Translations under genes and position numbers: made by a program | DNA from: Acidobacteriota bacterium | Lineage (GTDB): Bacteria; Acidobacteriota; Thermoanaerobaculia; Multivoradales; UBA5704 | Direction: 5' to 3' | DNA length: 64,000 bases | Assembly: GCA_040005235.1 (NCBI GenBank) | Contig: JBDTZG010000022.1 | Span: forward strand, 1-64,000 | Notes under the pieces: model-generated | What the model was told of the DNA's origin: nothing | The model's database searches: none | The model's input: only the letters and a program-made list of their open reading frames with translations | Shown here: positions 9,556 through 19,547 of the stretch, in pieces | Layout: each line of letters starts with the position of its first letter | Position numbering within the stretch: position 1 is the stretch's first letter

Positions 9556-10173
9556 ATGAAAATCACTCGATTCCTTGCCGTCGCCCTGCTGCTTACCCTG
9601 GTGGCCGGAAGCCTCTCGGCCTACGTCCTTCTCTCGCCGCGCCGCACCTGGGACGGCGTCCCGAACCTGATCGTCGACAACCGCGGCGCCGCATCGATCG
9701 CAGACGGCGACGGCGGAGCTTCCCGAATCCGCAGCGCGATCGTCTCGAACAGCGCCTGGAACGGCGCCGGAACCGGGACCCGGATCAACGCGACGGTCGG
9801 TTCGATCGCGAGCTTCACCCTCGGCGACGGGCAGCCGATGCTCAATTTCCAAGATCCGCTCCACGCCTGTAACGGCAGTTGCCTCGCGGCGACCTTCACC
9901 GGCTACTACGTGAACCGTTCGGACGGCACAGTCCGGATCACCGATGCCGACATGGTGACCAACAAGAAAAACGACCTGGCAACGCTCGGCGAAACCTGCT
10001 CGGGCTCGGAGTACTACGCGGAAGGAATCTTTGTCCACGAAGTGGGCCACCTGCTCGGCCTCGGCCACTCGACGGTGGTCGGCTCCACGATGTACCCCTC
10101 GGTCTCGGCCTGCAACAACAACCCGGCGTCGATCGAAACCGACGACAAAAACGGCATCAACGACCTGTACTAG
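9556..10173 (+). CDS. Matrixin (M10A) family zinc metalloprotease (copy 2)
   Basis: HEVGHLLGLGHS plus STMYP Met-turn; same length (205 aa) as copy 1. Confidence 0.88.
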   Translation: MKITRFLAVALLLTLVAGSLSAYVLLSPRRTWDGVPNLIVDNRGAASIADGDGGASRIRSAIVSNSAWNGAGTGTRINATVGSIASFTLGDGQPMLNFQDPLHACNGSCLAATFTGYYVNRSDGTVRITDADMVTNKKNDLATLGETCSGSEYYAEGIFVHEVGHLLGLGHSTVVGSTMYPSVSACNNNPASIETDDKNGINDLY

Positions 10174-10197
10174 GGCGCTTCGCTCGACAGCTTCCTA

Positions 10198-10225
10198 GGC
10201 CTCCTTCGCTACGGCGAGGGAGGCC
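10198..10225. terminator. Hairpin between convergent genes (possible terminator)
   Basis: GGCCTCCTTCGC-TACG-GCGAGGGAGGCC; weak U-tail. Confidence 0.55.
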
Positions 10226-10226
10226 C

Positions 10227-13064
10227 TTATCCGTTCCGCCCCATCCGCTGATCCAGTTCGCGAAACAGCCCGGCCTCTCGCCAGAGGGTCCGGTTGCCCA
10301 CGACGTACAGCCGCTCTTTCGCGCGGGTAACCGCCACGTTCAGAAGATTCGGCCGGCCGCCGGCCCAGTTTCTAGCGCCTGTCTGCTGGGCCGCGGGAGC
10401 GCCGAGTACGAAGAGGACCGCCTCCGCCTCGCGGCCTTGAACGGTATGCACCGTGCCGACTCGCTCGGAGGTCCATTTTCGAAGGTCCGCGATCCAACCG
10501 GAGGGGAGGCCCGAACTCCGGATGATCGTTCGGAGATTTTGGGCGACGAGGACGAAAGGCGTAACGATGTAGAGGTTCGGAGGGACGTCCGCCGCCGCCA
10601 GACGGCGCAGCAGGGTGAGCACGAGCTCGCCTTCTTCCGCGCACCATTTGTCGGCGCCGCCGCCCTGCACGTCGAACCAGGCGGAGGGACCGAGCACGTC
10701 GCCGATCTTCGATGCGCCGGGCCGTTTCGCCTGGACCATCAGTCGCTCGTAGGCCACGGTGTTCGAGATTCCGAACATCGGCTCCGAACAGCGCCGGTGA
10801 ACGAGGAGAGGCACTCCCACCTCCCGGCTGCCAAAACGCCCTTCGAAGCTCGCCATGTATGGGGTCGCCGCGTCGGCCAACGTCTGGGCCGACGCCCCGG
10901 GCGCGTTCCAGCGATCCGGGTCGACCTGGAAGTGCTCGCAGATGGCGTGGGTCAACCGGTCGGGCAGCACCACGATCGGTTCGATCTGAACCGGATCGCC
11001 TACCACCACGGCCCGGCGGGTCCGCAACAGCGCGCCGACCGCCGCCTGCGGCAGCGCTTGCCCGGCCTCGTCGATGAACAGCCAGCCGAAGGCCTCGGCG
11101 GATAATTCGCCGAGCATCCGCTCGATGGAAGCAAAGGTCGTCGAAACCAGCGGCACGACGAGGAAAAGCGACGCCCAGAGATCCACCAGGAGGGCTCGCT
11201 TTTCCGGCGTTGGAAGACCGCGGCCCGCGAACAGGTTCATCAGCGCGCCGAGGTTGTGGCGAAGAGGCTTGGCCGCCGCATCGAGGAAGGCGCGGTGGAG
11301 CTGCACCGCGGCGAGAAATACGTCGTCTCGCAGGCGCTGCTGCTCGTCGTCGAGCCAGGGGACCGTCATCTGCCGGGCTTCGTGACCTCGTTTAAAGAAA
11401 TCCGCGTCGAGGAACCGGTCTCCGAGCCGCTCGCGGGCCGCCTCCACCACTCGCCGTCCCGGCGTCCGCAGCCAACGCACGGCGGCGGAATCGCGCTTTG
11501 CGGCTTTGGCTCGAACTTCCTCCAACTCCGCCAGGCTTCCGGAGCTTCGCCGAAGCGCGGCATGAAAGGCGGTGCGCGCTTTCTTCCAGCGATCCAAGGC
11601 CTCCTCGCGCGAACGTGGCGGGTTCTCCTCGGTCACGATACGCGGCGGCCGGGTCGTCGTCTCGCCGGTCGCGACATCCACGATGTCGATCCACTGCGGA
11701 GTGCCAGCCGCCTCGGCCAGGTAGGTCGAAAGCCCCACGTCCTTGTCCCACCAGAACGTGTTTCGGAATCGCGAGCGGTTCGTGGCGTTGCCCAGCACCG
11801 CGGCGCCCAGGCCCCAGGTTTCGCATCCGAAAAGTGCGTCCGATAGGGTTTTGAGGTACCGCAGACCGTGGGCATCCTCGGCGACGGCGCCCAGTGCAGG
11901 CAGGGCCGCGCTCACGTTCTCGACCGCCTTGTTGTTGGAGGACGCCACGACGATCTCGAAGCCTTTGAGATTCTTGTCGAGCCGGTACAGGAGGAGCGAG
12001 GCGGCGCCCGAGACGAGCTTGTCCCCCGAATGCGAGAAGGCGTCCGCCGGATCGTCGAACCGAGCCATCGCCTCGGCCCGCGAAGCGACGATCGCCGCGA
12101 CCAGATCGCGAAGCAAAGTGGTCTTGCCCGTTCCGGGCGGACCGTTCACGGCGAGGATTCCACCCTGTTGCAGATCGTTGAGGGCGAGGTTCACCGCCGC
12201 TTGCTGCAGGAGGACCAGGGAGTGACGGCCCGGCCCCGGCCAACGCGCCGGAGGAATCCGTCGCGGGGCGACGGCTGCCTCGATCGCAGCCGGATCATGG
12301 AGCAGATCCGCGCGTTGCTCCGGGACCTCGGCGCCCAAATAGCGCCGCAGATTGCGGGTCGGACTTCCCTTCTTGAACAGCGACCGGGCCTTCCGCAGGT
12401 CGTGCAGGTAGAAACTGTTCAGCAGCAGAGGCTCGGGCGAGTCCGCGCTCGTGTAGGAGCGAACGGCGAACCGCGGTCGCTTGACCCACCTGGGCTCCAA
12501 CCCCAGGCGATTCATCAGCCAATCGAACCCGCCTTCGAGAGTCTGCCGATCGAGCGGCGGATCTTTCTCGTCGGGTCGGGCGCGGCGCAGGAACTCGTCC
12601 AGATCTTCGATCAGCTTGCCTTCCGCCTTCGACCAGCCCGAAAGGGCCGCCAGTTCCTGTTTCAACGCCAAAGGGAGACCCCAGGCGAAGCTTGAGACCG
12701 AGACGGCCGGCGGTTCGACCAACCGCCCCTGTTGATTCACTGCGACCAGGGCCAGGATCGCCTCTCCTACCGAGGCGGGACGTTCAGGTCGCGTGTCGGG
12801 GAAAGAAGCGAGAAGCTCCTTATAGGCGGGTTCAAGCTCAATGCTTCCAAGAACTACCTGGTAGTACAGCTTCGTCTTGGGGCGCGGCTTCTCTCCGGCC
12901 CCTTCCCACGGGAGCAGGCGGTCCTCGAGCGAGGCGATCCGGGTGCGATCTCCGACGGCCAGGTCTTCCGGACGCCGGAAGGTTTGGGGCGACAGCACCT
13001 CCAGTGCGGTCCAGGCATCGAGGATCTGTTCGGGAATCGAGCCCCGGTTGTTCTGATCTCTCAA
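10227..13064 (-). CDS. Superfamily 1 (DNA2/NAM7/Upf1-like) helicase
   Basis: Walker A GPPGTGKT, SSNNKAVEN, DEAGQ, VGDPVQIEP, HRRC, GTVHTVQGREA and NVAVTRAK motifs. Confidence 0.9.
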   Translation of the reverse strand: MRDQNNRGSIPEQILDAWTALEVLSPQTFRRPEDLAVGDRTRIASLEDRLLPWEGAGEKPRPKTKLYYQVVLGSIELEPAYKELLASFPDTRPERPASVGEAILALVAVNQQGRLVEPPAVSVSSFAWGLPLALKQELAALSGWSKAEGKLIEDLDEFLRRARPDEKDPPLDRQTLEGGFDWLMNRLGLEPRWVKRPRFAVRSYTSADSPEPLLLNSFYLHDLRKARSLFKKGSPTRNLRRYLGAEVPEQRADLLHDPAAIEAAVAPRRIPPARWPGPGRHSLVLLQQAAVNLALNDLQQGGILAVNGPPGTGKTTLLRDLVAAIVASRAEAMARFDDPADAFSHSGDKLVSGAASLLLYRLDKNLKGFEIVVASSNNKAVENVSAALPALGAVAEDAHGLRYLKTLSDALFGCETWGLGAAVLGNATNRSRFRNTFWWDKDVGLSTYLAEAAGTPQWIDIVDVATGETTTRPPRIVTEENPPRSREEALDRWKKARTAFHAALRRSSGSLAELEEVRAKAAKRDSAAVRWLRTPGRRVVEAARERLGDRFLDADFFKRGHEARQMTVPWLDDEQQRLRDDVFLAAVQLHRAFLDAAAKPLRHNLGALMNLFAGRGLPTPEKRALLVDLWASLFLVVPLVSTTFASIERMLGELSAEAFGWLFIDEAGQALPQAAVGALLRTRRAVVVGDPVQIEPIVVLPDRLTHAICEHFQVDPDRWNAPGASAQTLADAATPYMASFEGRFGSREVGVPLLVHRRCSEPMFGISNTVAYERLMVQAKRPGASKIGDVLGPSAWFDVQGGGADKWCAEEGELVLTLLRRLAAADVPPNLYIVTPFVLVAQNLRTIIRSSGLPSGWIADLRKWTSERVGTVHTVQGREAEAVLFVLGAPAAQQTGARNWAGGRPNLLNVAVTRAKERLYVVGNRTLWREAGLFRELDQRMGRNG

Positions 13065-13165
13065 AGGCTACTTTCCCCCCGCGCTCCAACAGAAAGTTGG
13101 TTGCCGACCGCCGCAGGGTCAGATAGTATCTGACGTGGCGCACGTTGAAAACAGGATAACTTGCC

Positions 13166-14341
13166 TTGGCGATCTTTCATCCTCCGACGCTCGACGACCA
13201 AGAGATTGAGGTTTTAGGGCAGATCGACGAGCTTCGGCGACTTTTGGGACATACCGTTTCAGGAGTGCCCAGGCGGTGGCAGGGACTCCTGCGGCGAACG
13301 ACTTTCGCCCGGGCGGTGCGTGGTTCCAACAGTATCGAGGGGTACAACGTTTCTCTGGACGACGCGATCGCCGCCGCCGAGGGCGAAGAACCGCTCGATC
13401 CAAAGACCGAGGCATGGGCGGCTGTCGCCGGTTATCAGGCGGCGATGACCTACGTTCTCCAGCTCGCGGGCGATCCCCACTTCGGCTATTCGGCGGATCT
13501 GCTGAGGGGCCTCCATTTCATGATGCTTCAGTACAAGCTGCCCAAGAATCCAGGTCGCTGGAGACCTGGGCAAATCTTCATCCATGATGACGAGAGAGGC
13601 GAGCTCGTCTACGAGGCTCCAGACGCCGATCAGATCGTGCCGCTGATCGGCGAGCTTCTGATCCAGTTGAACGAATCCCCGCCCTATTCCCATAGCGTGA
13701 TCACGGCAGCTATGGCGCACCTAAATCTCGTGATGATCCATCCATTTTCGGATGGCAACGGGCGAATGGCGCGATGCCTCCAAACTTTGGTCTTGGCACG
13801 AGGCGGCGTTCTTGCGGCTCCCTTTTCGAGCATTGAGGAGTATTTGGGGCGGAATACCCTGGCGTATTACGACGTCTTGGCCGAGGTCGGGGCGGGGTCG
13901 TGGAGTCCGCACCGGGAGACCCGTCCCTGGATTCGCTTTTGCCTCACCGCGCACTACAGGCAGGCAACGACCCTTCTGATGCGAACCACCGAGATTCAAC
14001 AGTTATGGGACACCCTGGAGCGTGAGATCGCGACGAAAAAGCTACCGGAACGGACGATCTTCGCTCTCGCCGACGCGGCGCAAGGGTTGCGGGTTCGAAA
14101 TGCAACCTACCGCCCGATCGCCGAGGTCAGCGAGAATCTCGCGAGCCGAGATCTGAAAGCCCTCGTCGAGCACGGATTCCTTGAGCCGGCCGGGGAAAAA
14201 AGAGGGCGCTTTTACCTTGCCTCTCCGTCGTTATCGGCCATCCGGGTCAAGAGCAGAGTGTCCAAACGGGTCCCCGACCCTTTTGCGATTCCGGAAGGAG
14301 AACAACTTTCGCTCCGGATCGAAGCGCCCAAAGGGTCCTGA
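13166..14341 (+). CDS. Fic-family protein with C-terminal winged-helix-like domain
   Basis: SNSIEG; intact HPFSDGNGRMAR Fic motif; C-terminal ASRDLKALV..G.L...GEKRG. Confidence 0.92.
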   Translation: MAIFHPPTLDDQEIEVLGQIDELRRLLGHTVSGVPRRWQGLLRRTTFARAVRGSNSIEGYNVSLDDAIAAAEGEEPLDPKTEAWAAVAGYQAAMTYVLQLAGDPHFGYSADLLRGLHFMMLQYKLPKNPGRWRPGQIFIHDDERGELVYEAPDADQIVPLIGELLIQLNESPPYSHSVITAAMAHLNLVMIHPFSDGNGRMARCLQTLVLARGGVLAAPFSSIEEYLGRNTLAYYDVLAEVGAGSWSPHRETRPWIRFCLTAHYRQATTLLMRTTEIQQLWDTLEREIATKKLPERTIFALADAAQGLRVRNATYRPIAEVSENLASRDLKALVEHGFLEPAGEKRGRFYLASPSLSAIRVKSRVSKRVPDPFAIPEGEQLSLRIEAPKGS

Positions 14342-14366
14342 GCAATCCGCCGAGCGAGGCTTCGCT

Positions 14367-16073
14367 TTAACGCTTCGCCTCGGCCTTCCCGAGCAAAATG
14401 TACCCCGCTTTCTCATCCGGATCGCGGGCGTATTCGACCAGCGGCAGCGGCTGGGCGAGCTTGGCCAGGGCGTCGCGTTGGGCGAAAAGCCAAACTTTGC
14501 CGGGCCGGCGGGCGTAGGCCTGAAGCTCCGGTTCGGTGACGGGCAGCTCGGCGAAGCGCTCGGTGTAGAAGAGGAAGGTCGAGTCGATCCGGGGGTAGAT
14601 GGCGTAAGGCTCGCTAGGGGCAGCTAGCGCGAGCAGGCGGTTCGAAAGGCCGCGGGCGGATTTGACCGTGTCGAAGGCCGGGAGGACGGTGAAGGCCGCC
14701 GTCAGGATCAGCGCGGTCATTCCCGCGGCGACCCCGGCGACGGCGTGGACCACTTTTCCCTGGCGCGCCTGCCACCAAGCCCAGAGGGACCCGATGGCCA
14801 GCAGAAGGAGGCTGAGGACGAGCGAGAGCACGAAGCCTTCGCCGCCGAGCGGCAGAGCTTCGGGCCGGTTTCGTCCGCCGAACCAGAGAGTGAGCGGCAG
14901 GGCGAGCGAGAACAGCGCGAGCAGCAGGAGCGGCACGGTGAGCGCTTTCTCGGAGCGGGCGGGTGCTGCAGTCTCCGGCCTTCCCGCGGCCCATCCTTCG
15001 GCCAGCCGATCGAGGGCGGCGCCCAGGGCCAAGGCGAGACCGGGGTACATCGTCAGCATGTAGACCGACCGCTTGGCCGGGGAGACGCTGAAGAAGACGA
15101 GGGTCGCCACCACCCAGGAGAGCCCGAAGAGGAATCCGTCGCGCTCGCGGCCCGCCAGGCGCCGCCAGCCGAGGACGAGCGCGGTGGGCACCAGGAACGT
15201 CCAGGGGAAGAAGTCGGCCGGGATGGTGGTCAGGTAGTACCAGGGGGGCTGGAAATGGTGCCAGGGCTCGGCGTACCGCGTCACGGTCTGCTTGAACGCG
15301 ATCTGGCGCAGGTAGTCCGGGCCGCCACGGAAGGCGGCGGGGATCAGCCAGGCGAGAACCACCGCGGCATAAAGCGCGAGCCCTCGGCCGATCCGGAGGT
15401 TCTTGATCTCTCTCGCCCGCTTCGTCGCGATCAGAAAGAGCAAAATTCCAAAAAGCGGCGGCAGCAGGCCGACCGGCCCTTTGGCGATGGTCGCAAACCC
15501 CGCGCTCGCGAAGAAGCCGAGCATCAGGGCCGGGCGCTCCTCCGTCCAGGCGCGCACCCAGAACCAGACGCCAAGCGCCACCAGGCCGCCGAGCAGCATG
15601 TCGATCTGGCCGAAGCGCCCTTGCCAGAGGATGGTGCCTGACGTGCCGAACGCGAGCGCGGCGATCCAGGCGGCGCGGCGCGAGACGAGCCGCTCGGCGA
15701 TCCGAAACGTGAGCAGCAGGGCTGCGATCGCGGCGAGCGCGGAGGGGAGGCGGGCCGCCGTCTCGGTCACCCGGCCGAATGGCACGGAGGAGACCAGCAT
15801 CGACCAGAACAGGAGCGGCGGCTTTTGGGTGTAGAGCTGGCCGTTCAGATGGGGCAGAAGGTATTCGCCCGAGGCTCGCATTTCGCGCGCCACCTCGGCG
15901 TAACGCGCTTCGTCCGGATTCCACAGGTCGCGCCGGCCGAGCGCGGGCAGAAAGAGCAGGCAGCCGAGCGCGAGCAGGGCCAGTAGATCGCGGCGGTAGC
16001 TCTTCCGGCCTCCGTCCGCCGTGCCGTCTGACGAGCGGGTCGCCCCAACCCGGGCCGGATCACCCGCGATCAA
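14367..16073 (-). CDS. ArnT/PMT-like GT-C glycosyltransferase
   Basis: DEARYAEVAREM, KPPL, ARLPS and KGP motifs; many TMs; TTG start overlapping the upstream gene is uncertain. Confidence 0.88.
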   Translation of the reverse strand: MIAGDPARVGATRSSDGTADGGRKSYRRDLLALLALGCLLFLPALGRRDLWNPDEARYAEVAREMRASGEYLLPHLNGQLYTQKPPLLFWSMLVSSVPFGRVTETAARLPSALAAIAALLLTFRIAERLVSRRAAWIAALAFGTSGTILWQGRFGQIDMLLGGLVALGVWFWVRAWTEERPALMLGFFASAGFATIAKGPVGLLPPLFGILLFLIATKRAREIKNLRIGRGLALYAAVVLAWLIPAAFRGGPDYLRQIAFKQTVTRYAEPWHHFQPPWYYLTTIPADFFPWTFLVPTALVLGWRRLAGRERDGFLFGLSWVVATLVFFSVSPAKRSVYMLTMYPGLALALGAALDRLAEGWAAGRPETAAPARSEKALTVPLLLLALFSLALPLTLWFGGRNRPEALPLGGEGFVLSLVLSLLLLAIGSLWAWWQARQGKVVHAVAGVAAGMTALILTAAFTVLPAFDTVKSARGLSNRLLALAAPSEPYAIYPRIDSTFLFYTERFAELPVTEPELQAYARRPGKVWLFAQRDALAKLAQPLPLVEYARDPDEKAGYILLGKAEAKR

Positions 16074-16839
16074 CGGTAACCTCGTCGGCCTGGCGGCGGT
16101 CGATCCATCGTTTCTGCATCCAGCGCACGGCGAACAGGTCGGCGAGCGCCCGCCAAAGTCGATTGCCGATGCCGTACTTGGCGACCCCATGGAGGCGGGG
16201 CCGGTGGTTGACGGGAATTTCGACCACCCGGCCGCCCTGCATTTTGAGCAGCGTCGGCAGGAAGCGATGGAGCCCGGTGAACATTGGCAGCTCCTGGAGC
16301 AGCTCGCGGCGGCAGACCCGCAAAGTGCAGCCGACGTCGGTCACGTGCTCGTGGGTCAGCCGGTTGCGCACGCCGTTGGCGATTCGCGACGAGATCCGGC
16401 GGGTCCAGGTGTCGCGCCGGTTCGCGCGGATGCCGCAGACCACGTCCGCTCGGGACAGCTCGGCGAGCATGCGGGGAATGTCGGCGGGGTCGTTCTGCAG
16501 GTCGGCGTCGAGCGTCACCACGATTCGGCCGCGGGCGAAGCGGAACCCCGCGTCGAGCGCCGCGGACTGACCGCTGTTCTTGCCGAGGCGGATGATGCGG
16601 ATTCTAGGGTCGGCCTTCCCCAAGGCCGCCATCGCGGCCGGGCCGGCATCGGTCGAACCGTCGTCGATCAACAGCAACTCGTAGCTGCGGCCGGCCGGTT
16701 CGAGCGCCGCGGCGATCTCGCGCACCAGTGGTTGGAGGTTCTCCTCCTCGTTGTAGACCGGCACGACCAGCGACAGCTCGGGCTCCGAGCCCGCGGCGAG
16801 CGGAGCGGGCGGTTCTACCGGGGCGGGGCTCGAAGGCAT
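16060..16839 (-). CDS. GT2 polyprenyl-phosphate glycosyltransferase (ArnC/DPM1-like)
   Basis: VVPVYNE, DDGSTD and DADLQNDP motifs. Confidence 0.9.
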   Translation of the reverse strand: MPSSPAPVEPPAPLAAGSEPELSLVVPVYNEEENLQPLVREIAAALEPAGRSYELLLIDDGSTDAGPAAMAALGKADPRIRIIRLGKNSGQSAALDAGFRFARGRIVVTLDADLQNDPADIPRMLAELSRADVVCGIRANRRDTWTRRISSRIANGVRNRLTHEHVTDVGCTLRVCRRELLQELPMFTGLHRFLPTLLKMQGGRVVEIPVNHRPRLHGVAKYGIGNRLWRALADLFAVRWMQKRWIDRRQADEVTVDRG

Positions 16840-16950
16840 AGAGCGCGTATCTTACGGCGAGGCGCGCCCGATCCCCGGGGTGGTCGAGAGAGAATTTCCC
16901 TTCGCCCTTCCGGAATCGCCGCGGGTGGCGGAAGATCCCGGTCGCGAAAC

Positions 16951-17688
16951 ATGGGAACTCACCGCTCGCTCTTTCCGCTGCCGCTCCGCGCGACCTCCGA
17001 AGGGGTGGTCGCAGTGGGCGGCCGACCCGATCCGGAAATCCTCGAAGACGCCTACCGGCGCGGCATCTTCCCCTGGCCGCACGAAGGGGTGCCGCTGCTC
17101 TGGTTCTGCCCCGACCCCCGGTTCGTCCTGCCGCCGCGCCGCGCCCACCTCTCGCGTTCGCTGCGCAAAGAGCTTCGGCGCGGCCGGTTCGAGGTCACCG
17201 CCGACCAGGATTTCCCCGCGGTGATTCGCGCCTGCGCCGGGAAGGAGCGTCCCGATCAGGGAGGCACCTGGATCAACCGGGAGATGATCGCGGGCTACAC
17301 CGCGCTCGCCCGGCGAGGGTTGGCCCATTCGATCGAGGCGCGGCTCGAAGGCAAGCTGGTGGGGGGCCTTTACGGCGTGTCGCTCGGCGGAGCGTTTTTC
17401 GGCGAATCGATGTTCGCCGAGGTGGCCGACGCTTCGAAAGTCTGCTTCGCCACCCTGCTCGCCAACCTCGTCCGGTGGGATTTCCATCTGGTCGACTGCC
17501 AGCAGGAGACCCGCCATCTCGCGAGCTTTGGCGCCGAACCCTGGCCGCGTACCCGCTTCCTCGCCGGGCTGCGCCGAGCGCTGGAAGTCCCCACCCGTCG
17601 GGGACCTTGGACGCTCGATCTGGGACCCGCCGAGGCGGCCGAGGCATTTTCCGGCGGAGGGCCGTCCGGCGGGGCGGATCGTTCGTAG
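16951..17688 (+). CDS. aat: Leucyl/phenylalanyl-tRNA--protein transferase
   Basis: AYRRGIFPW, TWI, AHSIE, LVGGLYGV, FFGESMF, DASKV and DCQ motifs. Confidence 0.95.
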   Translation: MGTHRSLFPLPLRATSEGVVAVGGRPDPEILEDAYRRGIFPWPHEGVPLLWFCPDPRFVLPPRRAHLSRSLRKELRRGRFEVTADQDFPAVIRACAGKERPDQGGTWINREMIAGYTALARRGLAHSIEARLEGKLVGGLYGVSLGGAFFGESMFAEVADASKVCFATLLANLVRWDFHLVDCQQETRHLASFGAEPWPRTRFLAGLRRALEVPTRRGPWTLDLGPAEAAEAFSGGGPSGGADRS

Positions 17689-17806
17689 AGCCCACAGATC
17701 GCATTTCCCCGGGCGGGAATCTATCGGTCTACAATGTGCTTGAAGCTCTTCAGTCCAGAACGATTCATCCGCGAACCTTCCGAAACACTCCCAGGGTCCC
17801 GATCGC

Positions 17807-18391
17807 ATGAGCATCTTTGGTCCTTCGATCCTCGCGCTCCTCTTGGCGGCTTCGCCGCTGGCCGGGCTCGAATCCTCTGCTACCGAAGAGCTCGCTCCCC
17901 GGGGCCGAACTCCGTTCGGCTTCGCGTTCGACCCCGACGCCATCGGTTTGAGCCTCGGCGCCACCGATGTACTGGATGACGCCGAGCGCGGCGAGGTGTC
18001 CTGGGAGCTCCTGTTTCCGAGCCACCGGATCGCCCTGTGGCCCAAGAATTGGCCCGATCCCCATCCGCTCGCCGGGGTACTCACGACCACCGACGGCTCG
18101 ATCTACCCTTACGCCGGTTTCTCGGTTCGGCTCCAGCTCTCACCGCGGGTTTGGTTTACCCCCTCGCTTTCGGCCGGCGCCTACGTCCACGGCGCAGGGT
18201 TCGACCTCGGCTCGCCGATCGAATTTCGCTCGCGGGCGGAGGTCGTCTATGAGATTTCGGCGCGAAACCGGATCGGCCTCTCCTTCGGCCACCTGTCGAA
18301 CTCGGGGATCCGGAAAAGAAATCCGGGCACCGAGACGCTCTCGTTTACCTTCTACTCCAGCCTGAGAAACAAAGGGTGGGGCTCCGAGTGA
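17807..18391 (+). CDS. pagL: PagL-like lipid A 3-O-deacylase / acyloxyacyl hydrolase beta-barrel
   Basis: Signal peptide; DLGS.IEFRS...HLSNSGI...NPG.E catalytic His-Ser motif. Confidence 0.8.
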   Translation: MSIFGPSILALLLAASPLAGLESSATEELAPRGRTPFGFAFDPDAIGLSLGATDVLDDAERGEVSWELLFPSHRIALWPKNWPDPHPLAGVLTTTDGSIYPYAGFSVRLQLSPRVWFTPSLSAGAYVHGAGFDLGSPIEFRSRAEVVYEISARNRIGLSFGHLSNSGIRKRNPGTETLSFTFYSSLRNKGWGSE

Positions 18392-18417
18392 TATCCTCGG
18401 CCGCGGAGAACATCGCC

Positions 18418-18669
18418 ATGGCCGTCGATCCCGATCTGCTCGAAATCCTGGTTTGCCCAAAGACGAAAGGCCCGCTCGAACGGGTCGAGCTGCCGGCCGC
18501 CGTGCGCGCCCAGGTGGCCGAGAAGTACCGCGAGCATTTTCGCGACGAAGAGCCGGTCGTCACCGAAGGGCTGTTCTCCAAGGATTCCGGCTTGGTCTAC
18601 CCGATCGTCTCCGACATCCCGATCATGTTGATCGAAGAGGCGCTGCCCGCCTCGGTCCTGGGGCGCTGA
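18418..18669 (+). CDS. Trm112/YcaR-like protein
   Basis: [13 protein letters not shown] ... YPI..DIPIML.EEA; ATG after GGAG. Confidence 0.85.
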   Translation: MAVDPDLLEILVCPKTKGPLERVELPAAVRAQVAEKYREHFRDEEPVVTEGLFSKDSGLVYPIVSDIPIMLIEEALPASVLGR

Positions 18670-18725
18670 GCGGCAAACTTGCCGTCTTCGCCTTCGGTCC
18701 TTCGAACCGAAGGGTCTCGTCGCTC

Positions 18726-19547
18726 ATGGCGCCGAATTCGCTCAACACCCCGCCTGCCGCTGCCGGCCCCGAGCCTCGCGCGGCCCGCCGGGGCTCGTGC
18801 CGCTTGGACCAGCTGCTCGCCGAAAGAGGCCTGTTCGCGAGTCGGGAGCAAGCGCGCCGCGCGGTGATGGCGGGCGCCGTCGAAGTCGCCGGCCGCCGGG
18901 TCGACAAGCCGGGTACGGCGGTCGCACTCGACGCTCTCTTGTCCGTCGCGGCGGGCGAGCCGTTCGTCTCGCGCGCCGGCCGCAAGCTCGCCGGAGCGCT
19001 CGACGATTTCGCGCTCGATCCCGCCGGCCGGATCTGTCTGGACGTTGGCGCCTCGACCGGCGGTTTCACCGATTGCCTGCTGCAACGGGGCGCCGCGCGG
19101 GTCTACGCGATCGACGTCGGCTACGGCCAGCTCGACGAGCGGCTCCGCCGTGATCCGCGGGTGGTCGTCATGGAGCGGACCAACGCGCGCCATCTGGCGG
19201 CCGACGCACTGCCCGAGCGGGCGGATCTTGCGGTGATCGACGTCTCCTTCATCTCGCTCGCCAAGGTGGTGCCCGCGCTGCTGCCGCACCTGGCGCCCGG
19301 CGCCCGGCTGCTCGCCCTGATCAAGCCGCAGTTCGAAGCCGGTCGGGGAGCGGTGGGCAAAGGGGGCATCCTGCGAGATGAGGAGCTGCGCCGCGGCGCG
19401 ATCGACAACGCGCTCGGGCAGCTCGCGGCGCTCGGGCTCTCGCGCCTCGGAATCCGGGATTCCCAGGTCGCCGGGATGGGCGGCAATCGCGAGGCGTTCG
19501 GCCTGTTCGGCGTGCCCGAATCGTCCGCCGCCGGAGCGCAAGCGTGA
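18726..19547 (+). CDS. tlyA: TlyA-family rRNA 2'-O-methyltransferase
   Basis: S4 domain RLD.LL..RGL..SRE.A; [24 protein letters not shown] and LIKPQFE motifs. Confidence 0.95.
   Translation: MAPNSLNTPPAAAGPEPRAARRGSCRLDQLLAERGLFASREQARRAVMAGAVEVAGRRVDKPGTAVALDALLSVAAGEPFVSRAGRKLAGALDDFALDPAGRICLDVGASTGGFTDCLLQRGAARVYAIDVGYGQLDERLRRDPRVVVMERTNARHLAADALPERADLAVIDVSFISLAKVVPALLPHLAPGARLLALIKPQFEAGRGAVGKGGILRDEELRRGAIDNALGQLAALGLSRLGIRDSQVAGMGGNREAFGLFGVPESSAAGAQA

Larger units (their letters stand above)
8871..10173 (+). repeat. Copy 2 of tandemly duplicated leader + two-gene cassette
   Basis: Paralogous to 7393-8697. Confidence 0.93.
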
